A program made the position numbers and the translations under genes. Shown here piece by piece: positions 55,721 through 64,000 of a DNA stretch of 64,000 nucleotides. The stretch covers positions 412,667 through 476,666 of the forward strand of contig JAIVFI010000040.1 in NCBI GenBank assembly GCA_025558095.1, written 5' to 3'. The DNA comes from Hyaloraphidium curvatum SAG 235-1 (taxonomy: Eukaryota > Fungi > Monoblepharomycota). The stretch's first letter is position 1, and the number at the start of each line of letters is the position of its first letter. Under the pieces are notes generated by a model. That model had not been told where the DNA came from and made no database searches. It saw nothing but the letters and a program-made list of their open reading frames with translations.

Positions 55721-57421
55721 CTAGCTCTTGGCGGGAGGGACGCCTCCGTTCCCCGCCCCGTCTTGCGGCTCATCCGGCACCCCATACCCCAGCATCTCCA
55801 GCACCGCCGCGCGGTCCAGGTACAGGTCGTTGGTCAGCCTGTCAACGGTCTCAAGGTGCGCCGTCCTCCTCGCCAGATCGCGGCTGGCGCCGGCCTCGAG
55901 CGCGGCGATTCGTTCCGCGAGGGCGAGCAGGGCCGCGGCCATGTCGGGATCGGTCCCGCCGGGGAGGTGAGGGAGGGTGGAGGGAGGGAGGGAAGCGACA
56001 GGGGAGGGCGGCACGGTGGTCGTTGAGGCCCACGAGTCGGATCTGGCCCTGGTGACGGAGGCGTCCCCGCCGTCGGGTTTGCCGCCTTTGGGCCCGCGCC
56101 GCGTCATCGAACCCCTCCCCAGCTCCGGGTCCCATCCCTCCCCGTAGAGCTCCCGTAGCCTCGCCGAGTACGCCCCGCGGAGCAGGAACGCCTGCACGAC
56201 GCCGAACGGCCGCAGCCGCACCGACCCGAACAGGAAGCGGTACGCGACCAGGGACCAGGTCAGCAGCGCACCTGCGGCCGTGAGCACGTTGACGACCGTA
56301 AAGGCGTTGACCGAGGTGTCCTCCTGCACCGTGAAAAGCGCGCCGCCGCCGCCCGCGGGGGGGTTGGCGGTGGCCACGCGGAGGGAGAAGTAGCGGTAGT
56401 ACCCGTCGTCGCCCGTGGTCTCGTTGAAGCGAGCCATCCGCTCACGGGACACCTGCACCGAGTAGACCTGCCCGCCGGGGGCGCGCTGGCGGTAACGGCC
56501 GCCGCCGTCCTCGGAGCCGGCGCCCACTGTGCGGTCGATCCGCAGCGTCCAACGGGCGTCGGTCTGGGTGTTCATGTCCACGGTGAAAAAGTCCATCCGG
56601 CCCAGGGAGGGCGTTTTGCCGGAGAGGAGGTCAGCGGTGGTCCGCGGGTGCACGAGGGCGGCCCAGAGGGGCGAGTCGCGCTGCGAGACGAAGGTGGCCT
56701 CGTCGAGCGAGGGCACGGGCACGAGCATGCCCAGGGAGTAGCTGCCAGCACCGGATTCGTCCGAAGTGTTGACCTGCACGGGGGAAGTGCCCGAGATGGG
56801 GTAGAGCCAGCAGGATATGGTAGGCCCCTGGTTGGTGACGTCGACGCCCAGCCGGCCCGGCACCCGCCCGCCGCCGATGGCGAACGTGGCCAGCTCCAGG
56901 GGCACGTACGGAAACCCGGGCGACTTGGTGTTGTACATCCGGACCGCGCCTCCCGGCCCTGGAGCGAGGAAGGTCCTGTTGACGCCGAACGAAGGGAGCT
57001 CCTGCAGCCAGGTGTCCCACACCGCCTGCTCGACGGCGGCCGGCTTGTCGCAGCCCGTGCGTGCGGCCTCGTACTCGCCGTCCTGCCTGCGCTGCAGCAG
57101 CCCGCCCGCCGCGGGCCGGAAGCCGCCCTCGAGCATGGCCCCGGCCGAGCAGAACCCGCGCGTCAGGCGGTCCCCGCACAGAACCAGGTCCGGGTGCTGC
57201 AGCGGCACGACGAGCGTGGCCGACCGCGTGACGGGCGTCTGCGTGACGTACTGCTGGATCGTGAGGCCGAGATAGACCGCAGCACCGCCCGCTATAAGGA
57301 GGAGGCCGACCACGCGGGCGACGGCGAGCGACGGCGGCCCGATGCCGTACAGCGCGTCGGACGCGGCGCGGAACGGGTTCCAGCATTTTGGCTTCTGTGG
57401 CGGGGGCTGACCGGCGCCCAT
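55721..57421 (-). CDS. Two-TM protein with a large extracellular beta-rich loop; PAC(TMEM206)/ENaC-DEG-like channel candidate
   Basis: TM1 then QQYVTQTPVTRS...LQHPDLVLC; pre-TM2/TM2 VQEDTSVNAFTVVNVLTAAGALL..FLFG..LRPFGVVQ; cytoplasmic coiled coil. Confidence 0.6.
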   Translation of the reverse strand: MGAGQPPPQKPKCWNPFRAASDALYGIGPPSLAVARVVGLLLIAGGAAVYLGLTIQQYVTQTPVTRSATLVVPLQHPDLVLCGDRLTRGFCSAGAMLEGGFRPAAGGLLQRRQDGEYEAARTGCDKPAAVEQAVWDTWLQELPSFGVNRTFLAPGPGGAVRMYNTKSPGFPYVPLELATFAIGGGRVPGRLGVDVTNQGPTISCWLYPISGTSPVQVNTSDESGAGSYSLGMLVPVPSLDEATFVSQRDSPLWAALVHPRTTADLLSGKTPSLGRMDFFTVDMNTQTDARWTLRIDRTVGAGSEDGGGRYRQRAPGGQVYSVQVSRERMARFNETTGDDGYYRYFSLRVATANPPAGGGGALFTVQEDTSVNAFTVVNVLTAAGALLTWSLVAYRFLFGSVRLRPFGVVQAFLLRGAYSARLRELYGEGWDPELGRGSMTRRGPKGGKPDGGDASVTRARSDSWASTTTVPPSPVASLPPSTLPHLPGGTDPDMAAALLALAERIAALEAGASRDLARRTAHLETVDRLTNDLYLDRAAVLEMLGYGVPDEPQDGAGNGGVPPAKS

Positions 57422-57599
57422 TGTGCTTTGCCTGGTGGGGGACTTCGCGGAACGTTCGATCGGAGACTGCGCCCGCCGGCGTCGGGCGGGATGCGCAACA
57501 CCGCCGATCTTCCTTTCCGACGTCGTTGGGTACATCAGAGCCATACAAACGTCCGCTCTACCAAATAGGACGAGGCCCGTGTCCCCGCCAAAGCCCGCC

Positions 57600-58910
57600 T
57601 CACGGCTTTGCCGGGGGATGCGCGACCCTGAGCGAGCCCGTCTCGAAGTTGAAGTCGACCTGGGCGCCCGACATCATCAAGGGGTGCACCAGGGTCGACC
57701 CCGTCGTGTCCTCCTCGCCGGCGTCCGAGCCCTCGCCGGCGCTCTCGGGCGGTGCCCCACGAGCCGCAGCGACGCCCGCGTCCATCCCCGCGAGCCGTGG
57801 CGGCGGCTCGAAATCGCCCGCGGTCGCGACCAGCCACGGGTGCCGCAGCGCCTCGGCCGCGGTCGGCCTCCTCGACGGGTCCGGCTCCAGAAGCCTGGAG
57901 AGCAGGTCCGCGGCGCCGGGGGGGAAGCTCAGGGGGGGCACCACGTAGTCCGCGGCGGCGATGCGGCGGTAGAGGTCGGCGTAGTTGGCCGAGTCCTCGA
58001 AGGGCGTGCGCCGGCAGAAGAGCTGGAAGAGGAGGATGCCGGCGGCCCACACGTCGACCTTGGGCCCGTACGGTTTGCCGCGGACGACCTCGGGCGAGAG
58101 GCAGAGGGGGGTGCCGGTGGCGGTCTGGAGCGCCGCGTCCCGGGAAAACACCGAGCTCTTGTCGTCCGGCAGCCCCGCCGCGGGGCCGAAGGGCTGCGAG
58201 CTCGCCGAGTCCGGGGGCAGCACGGCGCAGCTGTGCAGGTCGCCCAGGGCGATGGAGAGCGGGTCCTTCATGTCCCGCAGGAAGATGTTCTGCCCCTTGA
58301 CGTCGCGGTGGACGATGCCCTGGGCGTGCAGCGTGGCCAGGGTGCGGAGCAGCAGCGTGACGACGCGGGCCGAGGTGCGCTCGTCCAGGGGGGCGTGGGT
58401 CTCGATGTAGCGGTGCATGTCGCCCTCGCAGAGCTCGGTGAAGATGTGGAAGTGGTTCCTGTCGTCCAGGAGCTCGAAAAAGTAGACCATCTGGGGACAG
58501 GCGTCGGCGGCGGGGCGGATCGCGAGGCCCTGCACCCGCACGCGGGAGACGGCGACGGCGGCGGCGGGGCCCGGCGGCTTCGGGACCACCTTGTGGGCCC
58601 TCCGCTCGCCGGTCGGAAGGAACTCGGCGACCTTGACGAGCGCGTTGCTGCCCTTCCCCAGGTGCCCCACGTCGTTGTAGAGCTTCAGCCGCACGCGGCA
58701 CAGGGAGAACCGGTCGGCGTCGCACAGGCCCCAGTAGCCCTGGCCCATCACGCTCTGCCGCGCCACGAGCTCCTTGAGCCGGGCGCGGTCCGAGATGGAG
58801 AGCCGGAGCGGCGGGCCCAAAGGGTCCGTTGGGGCATCGCGCGCCGCGAGCGCTTCGAGCGCCTCGGGCGGCAGGTCCGCGGGCTCTTGTTCGGCGCCCG
58901 CGTCGGACAT
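57600..58910 (-). CDS. CAMK-like Ser/Thr kinase with atypical motifs
   Basis: LGKGSNALV, AHK, HRDVKGQN, DLH in place of DFG, GTPLCLSPE, DVWAAG. Confidence 0.85.
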   Translation of the reverse strand: MSDAGAEQEPADLPPEALEALAARDAPTDPLGPPLRLSISDRARLKELVARQSVMGQGYWGLCDADRFSLCRVRLKLYNDVGHLGKGSNALVKVAEFLPTGERRAHKVVPKPPGPAAAVAVSRVRVQGLAIRPAADACPQMVYFFELLDDRNHFHIFTELCEGDMHRYIETHAPLDERTSARVVTLLLRTLATLHAQGIVHRDVKGQNIFLRDMKDPLSIALGDLHSCAVLPPDSASSQPFGPAAGLPDDKSSVFSRDAALQTATGTPLCLSPEVVRGKPYGPKVDVWAAGILLFQLFCRRTPFEDSANYADLYRRIAAADYVVPPLSFPPGAADLLSRLLEPDPSRRPTAAEALRHPWLVATAGDFEPPPRLAGMDAGVAAARGAPPESAGEGSDAGEEDTTGSTLVHPLMMSGAQVDFNFETGSLRVAHPPAKP

Positions 58911-59790
58911 GGCGGCGGCGATGCGGCGACGCCCGCGGCAGTGGCGGCGTGGAGAGAGGGACGTGAGGTGGGCGTGCGGCAGGTCCTCCGCCGCTCCGAC
59001 GCGCTCTGGTCGACTGCCGCCCGAAGCCCCACGGGCAAAAATCCTGCCGAAATCCGGCCCAAACCCATCGCATCTGAAAGAAGGCCGACGATGCCGCAAC
59101 CGCGGCCGACGGGGATGGGGCCCGGAAACCTCTCGCCGTCGTACCAAGGCTGCGAAACCACGGGTTCTTGCAGGATGGTTCGCGGATGCGGCTGGAACCC
59201 ATACGAGGGGAACCATGGTGGCTTCCAGACCAGGTATCGAAGTCCACGTACTTGTGCGGGATGCGGATGGGGTCTCTCGACGCCACGATAGCTGTTGGGT
59301 ATCGACTTCGATCCTGCAGCGAATCCGAGCCGTCCCAAAAGATTGATGACTCGGAGTCCGTGAGCAGCCGACTTCGATGGTACAAGCGGTCGGCCTTGGC
59401 GACGAGGGCCTTCCGCGTTTTCACTTCCCAACGACGAGACCCTGTCCTATCCCTTCGCGGCGAAGGTTCATGGATGACGCTCGAACCCATCGGAAAAGGA
59501 CCGTGCATCTTCCGAAAATCGATTCCGAAGTCCGCACTCGCGTCGGGGATGCGGATGCTGGTCCCTCGACGCCGAGGGAGTTGCTGGATCTACGGACGCG
59601 CGCCTCAATCCCTCGGTCCAACCCGAGCCTTCGATCGAGAGTGAAGGGTCGGAGCATGTCCGTGAGCAGCCTTCTTCGATAGGAACAACCGGTTGGCCTG
59701 GTGAGAGGGGATGCGTGGGTCCCTGGGCGCATGCGGCGCCCCACGATCCCCAAAAAGCGGTGGGACACGAACAGCGCTCCGTCCCCCGCG

Positions 59791-62247
59791 ATGGCGGGCC
59801 GCGGCAGCCCGGCGTCGACCGACGACGGCGACGACGATGCGCACCTCACGGCGTTCGGGGCGGCCGCCCTGATCCGGGCCATCTATGCCGGGCTGCCCGA
59901 CGGCGCGGTGGCGGTCAGCGAGGCCGCCATGATGGAGCTCAACGGGCCGAACCCGCCGGCCTGCGACCCGCGGATCCACGCGTTCTATACCGACGAAACA
60001 TATTTAACGACCCTGCGGTTCTGCGGGGCGAATGCGGTGCTGGCCCAGGGCGGGGATCCGCACGACCGCCGCTACTCGAGGGCCCTCGCGCTGGCCGCCG
60101 TCGCCGATCGGCTGGAACGGCGTGCAACTCGCCTCATCGCGGCCGGCATCGCTCGATTCAGGGGAGAGGCGGCGGCAGCGAAGGGAGACAGGGCCCGCCT
60201 GAGGACGCCGGCGAATCTCGCCCTGCAGTGGGCCCTGCTCACGGCGGCTTCGTGGGCAAACGCCGTTATGGCGCGTTTTGACGCTGCTCGGGCCCTGGCC
60301 GCCCAGCTGGCCGATATCTGGCGCGCCACCGGCGTCCCGAGACACGTCCTCCGCGACGACCCCGAGTGGGCCGGCTGGACCCTCGACGACCTGCTCTGGG
60401 TCGGCCTGCACGTCGACGCCTTCTGGAGCGGCATTCCCGACGAGATGATGCTGGCCATGACCACGGGGACGCCCCTGGCGTACGATCCGCCGCGCGATTT
60501 CGGAGAGGTGCCGGTAAACTGCCCCGCCAAGCTACTCTGGGAGGTCCCGCCGCCATCCAAGCGGCCCATTGGGGGCCCGATCCCGGCCCACCTGCCCACA
60601 GCCCACACGGCCTTCACCGTGCGCGACGTCTTGGGCTTCCTGGACCCCACCCTCCGCCCTGCCGTCGACCCGGCGCTCAGAACGCGCGTGCTGGACTTGT
60701 GCGTCGGCGACTTTGTCGCCTCGGGCGTGTTTCACCTCATGACAATCAGCTGTTACGCGAGCTGCAAGGTCGCCGAGTTCCTCCAGTGGCTCAAGGAGGA
60801 CGCCGGGCTCACGATCCTCGATCTCCTGCTAGCCGAGGAGATGACCTCGCGCTCCGGTGCCCTCTCGCCCCACGGCAGCGACGCCGGCGAGGCGCCACGG
60901 GCCGTCCCGGAGCACGTGCAGGGCATGGACCGCCGCTTCGTCGAGCGTATCTTCCGCCGCCCGCTCGTGAACGAGGCCCTCCGGCGCCACCGCCACTTCC
61001 GCGACGCCCTCGCCGCCGTCTTCCGCTCCCTCCCTCCCGCCGTCGCCGCCGCCGAGCGCGACAGCGACTACCGCGCCTTCGCGGCCGCCGTGCCTTACCT
61101 CGACACGGGCAAGCAGCAGCTTGTCTTGTCGTGCTTGGCCACGCTGCGGCAGACGGGCTTGCAGCTCGTCAGCCCTGCACCGTTCGAGGACCTGGACGGA
61201 TGGGGAAGGTCCCTGCAGGACGCGGGGTCCGCATCCCGGCGGGGGACGTCCCAAGACGAGGACGACGGCGAGTCCGCCAGCGACCTCGGCTCCGTGCTCG
61301 ACTCGGAGGTCCTCGCCGGGGAGGTCGACGCCCTGCGCAGCATCTGGTTCCGCTCCTCCTCCTTCTCCGTCGCCCACGCCAACGCCATCGTCATCGCCCG
61401 CTCCGCCCGCATGATGGCCGAGCGCTTCACCCCGGAGGAGCTGGGCGCCAACATCTTCATCACCTTTGTCCTGCGCGCCGCCGTCGCCGCAACCTGGCTC
61501 TTCCTCCTCATCCTGCGGCGCTTCCCCGCCCTCGCCGCCGACGCCCCGCACGAGGACCGCGCCCGCGCCGCCGCGCTGCACGCCTCGATCCTCACGGACG
61601 TCCGCGCGTGCCTGGAGCTCCTCCGCGTCTCGGGCAAGCCGGCGTTCCAGGACGTCCGCATCCTCCTGGAGCGCATCGTGGCCGAGGGCGACCCGCGGCC
61701 GCCCACGCCCGCGGAGCTGGGGATGCTCCGCGCCGCGCGGCGGGCGGCGCGCAGGTGCCCGCACGTGGATGCGCTCGGGAGCCTCGAGGGGGGCGAGTGC
61801 TACGTTTGCGCGGCGGCGAGGGCGGCCGAGGCGGAGGGCGAGGTGCTGGAGGATCCGCTGGCGCGGATCGGGAGGGAGGCGCGGGCGCGCGGTTCGGGGA
61901 AAAGGGTGCGGTTCGGCGGGGAGGTGCGGGTGTTTGGCACTTGGTCGAGGAGCGAATACCCCCGGCGCGAGCGCGACGGGCAGGAGCACGGGGAGGCGGA
62001 GGAGCTCGGATCGTCTGAGCTGGGGGCGGGGTCGTCCGACGAGCTCGAGGGCGATGGTGCACTGGGCATGATGCTGCAGGCGCGCGAGGGAACCATGGCC
62101 GAGGCCATGTGGACCTGGCAGACGGCACCCCTGAAGGGGCCGGGCCCGGAGGAAAGCGGGTCGGTCATCACGGACTCCGATGGGAGCTCGGACCTCGCGG
62201 TGGACTGGGTGGCAGGGTCGGCGGACGTCAGACCATCGATATCCTAG
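59791..62247 (+). CDS. Fungal-TF middle-homology-like protein with CHCC motif and RVxF PP1-docking tail (paralogue of 17217-19505)
   Basis: WFRSSSF...NAIVIARSAR..FTPEELG; CPH...CYVC; KRVRFGGEVRVFGTWSRSEYPRR. Confidence 0.75.
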   Translation: MAGRGSPASTDDGDDDAHLTAFGAAALIRAIYAGLPDGAVAVSEAAMMELNGPNPPACDPRIHAFYTDETYLTTLRFCGANAVLAQGGDPHDRRYSRALALAAVADRLERRATRLIAAGIARFRGEAAAAKGDRARLRTPANLALQWALLTAASWANAVMARFDAARALAAQLADIWRATGVPRHVLRDDPEWAGWTLDDLLWVGLHVDAFWSGIPDEMMLAMTTGTPLAYDPPRDFGEVPVNCPAKLLWEVPPPSKRPIGGPIPAHLPTAHTAFTVRDVLGFLDPTLRPAVDPALRTRVLDLCVGDFVASGVFHLMTISCYASCKVAEFLQWLKEDAGLTILDLLLAEEMTSRSGALSPHGSDAGEAPRAVPEHVQGMDRRFVERIFRRPLVNEALRRHRHFRDALAAVFRSLPPAVAAAERDSDYRAFAAAVPYLDTGKQQLVLSCLATLRQTGLQLVSPAPFEDLDGWGRSLQDAGSASRRGTSQDEDDGESASDLGSVLDSEVLAGEVDALRSIWFRSSSFSVAHANAIVIARSARMMAERFTPEELGANIFITFVLRAAVAATWLFLLILRRFPALAADAPHEDRARAAALHASILTDVRACLELLRVSGKPAFQDVRILLERIVAEGDPRPPTPAELGMLRAARRAARRCPHVDALGSLEGGECYVCAAARAAEAEGEVLEDPLARIGREARARGSGKRVRFGGEVRVFGTWSRSEYPRRERDGQEHGEAEELGSSELGAGSSDELEGDGALGMMLQAREGTMAEAMWTWQTAPLKGPGPEESGSVITDSDGSSDLAVDWVAGSADVRPSIS

Positions 62248-62326
62248 GCAAACGATACACCAACTCGCAGAAAATGGCCCAGCCAAGCCTTCCTCGATAC
62301 CATCGATCGCCTTCCGGCGAGTCCCC

Positions 62327-63425
62327 TCAGGGCGCCGGCGTCGGAGTGGGCGTCGGGCACCCCGGCTTCATCGCCTTGACGTCCCACTGCGTCCCGTTCG
62401 CGCTAAAGAGCCGGACCGTGACCGACCCGCTCACGTTGCCCAGCTGGATCGCGCCCATCGTGACCCCCGGCGGGGCGGTGCCTGCGCCGTTGATGCCCGG
62501 CGAGCCGAGCGAGCCGCCCGCCGCGTTGAACGTGTATGCGACGGGGAAGGCGTTGTCGTTGCGGACGCGGAAGAAGCCGGTGGGGCAGTCGGACGTCATG
62601 CGGAGGCCGGAGAACACGGGCGTCGTGGTGGTGATGGGGGAGGCCGGCCTCGTGGTGGAGGCGGTGAAGGTCGTTAGCGTGGGCCTGGTTGAGGTTGCGG
62701 AGGTGCTTGAACGCGGCGCCGGCGGAGGGGGCGGCGGAGCGGGAGCAGGAGCGGGAGCGGGAGCAACGCCCGAGCTGAGGCATCGGCACTATGGGACGGT
62801 GGGGTCAGATTGGATGAAGCCGCGATTGCTAGGGGGCATGGCCCACCTGGCCGGTCGACCAGTCGGCCTGGAACGAGCCGAGCTGGCGCCGCAGGAGCGT
62901 GTGCCGCACCCGGCCGTCGGCACCATGGGGCTCCACACTGACGTAGTACCGAGCCGCCGATCCGTCCTGCTCCAGCACGACGCCGGCCTCGTCCGCGCCG
63001 GAGGGGGAAAAGAGGAAGTCCGTCTCGGCGGCCCAGCCGCTGCGATAGGCCACGCAGAACCGGAGGGCCACGGCGGCGCCGGGCTCCACGGGCTCTGCGC
63101 CGCGCGACGGCTCGATGCGGTACCGGGCGGCGCCGTTGCGTTCGCGGGGCATCGGGGCGACAGTGCCCCCCGCGAGCGACAGCAGCTCGGGCGCGGGGCC
63201 GGCCGGGGCGGAGAGCGACAGAGTGCCCCGCCACGAGGCGGGCACCATCGCTTCATCGTTGCGGAGGGAGAGCGTCGAGCACTGCTTCCATCGCGCCCGG
63301 CCGTGCGGAACCGGGCCCCCTTCGGCCGAAATGGCGGTGCGCGCAGGCCACGACACGGACGCCGCCGCCGCCGCGAGGGCGGGCAGCCCCGCCAAGAGGA
63401 GAAGTTGGAGCAGGGCTCTGCGCAT
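62327..63425 (-). CDS. Secreted two-domain protein: CBM2/CBM49-like beta sandwich, Pro/Thr linker, small Cys-bounded beta domain; intron 62789-62846
   Basis: Signal MRRALLQLLLLAGLPALA; WKQC..L..N..SW..Y.IEP..V.PG..L.FC; LRMTSDC..FRVRNDN..DVKA. Confidence 0.65.
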
Positions 63426-63838
63426 CGCGGGACCGGCGCGGCGCTGCCGGGGCGAGAGCGGGGGCCGGGGGGGATGCGGCATCGGCATCGGAATGGGCGC
63501 AGCACCCGCCGGCGATCGTCACCTGGCATTGCGCAGGAACATGGGCACAGCGGAGGATGGAGGCCGACCGCGTTGGAAGCTGGCAGTGTATCGTCGGGGC
63601 AATACCGCCCGACGGCCGCGGTTAGGGTCGCGTGGCAGGTGCATGCCGGGCAGAGGCTGCACGAAGTGCCGTCCCTCGATGACGTAGCCGCCAGTCCCTG
63701 TTCCCTGCAACCGCCAAAGAACGCAGCTCAGAGGCGCCCAGGCCGGCCGGTCTCCCATCAAAAACGCCGTAGCTCGTCATTCGAACGCTGTCGGCGGGTT
63801 GCTGTTAGGCAGCACGCCTCTCCTTGGGCATGAAACGA

Positions 63839-64000
63839 TAGGTTAGGTTAGGTTAGGTTAGGTTAGGTTAGGTTAGGTTAGGTTAGGTTAGGTTAGGTTA
63901 GGTTAGGTTAGGTTAGGTAGGTTAGGTTAGGTTAGGTTAGGTTAGGTTAGGTTAGGTTAGGTTAGGTTAGGTTAGGGTTAGGTTAGGTTAGGTTAGGTTA
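63839..64000 (+). repeat. Telomeric repeat array (TTAGG)n
   Basis: About 32 units to the end of the window, G-rich strand pointing outward; one TAGG and one TTAGGG variant. Confidence 0.95.

Noticed and set aside
1-64000. Bacterial origin suggested by high GC, gene density and prokaryote-like enzymes
   Set aside because: Spliceosomal introns restore catalytic motifs in many genes; Zn2Cys6 factors and a telomere are present
63839-64000. Insect contamination as the source of TTAGG
   Set aside because: Directly contiguous with genes sharing the intron style and codon bias of the rest of the window, though read-level confirmation is still needed

Overview
Right-hand end of a chromosome from a very GC-rich, intron-containing eukaryote. 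Two Zn(II)2Cys6 transcription factors, pyruvate decarboxylase, an SRA-AlkB protein and short (mostly 50-70 nt) GT-AG introns with CTRAC branch points indicate a fungus; an early-diverging (chytrid/monoblepharid-like) lineage is my inference. About 30 tightly packed genes run to within about 410 bp of a terminal (TTAGG)n telomere array. Manual splicing reveals proteins the ORF track hides: (i) a single-pass receptor-like TKL kinase plus a neighbouring GPI-type protein with a near-identical Cys-rich ectodomain; (ii) a secreted EGF-EGF-chitin-binding (CBM14-like) protein; (iii) an intronised plant/cyanobacterial-type 2Fe-2S ferredoxin. Also present: a gustatory-receptor-like 7TM gene plus a 3' relic, a 2-TM PAC/ENaC-like channel candidate, two paralogues resembling fungal TF bodies with a CHCC motif and a spinophilin-like PP1-docking tail instead of a DNA-binding domain, Crinkler-like ubiquitin-fold ORFs, a decayed RLE non-LTR retrotransposon, two near-perfect tandem duplications (203 bp, 1097 bp) and several bacterial-looking enzymes. 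No rRNA, tRNA or CRISPR seen. All family calls are from motif recognition by eye, not database searches; splice models are predictions.
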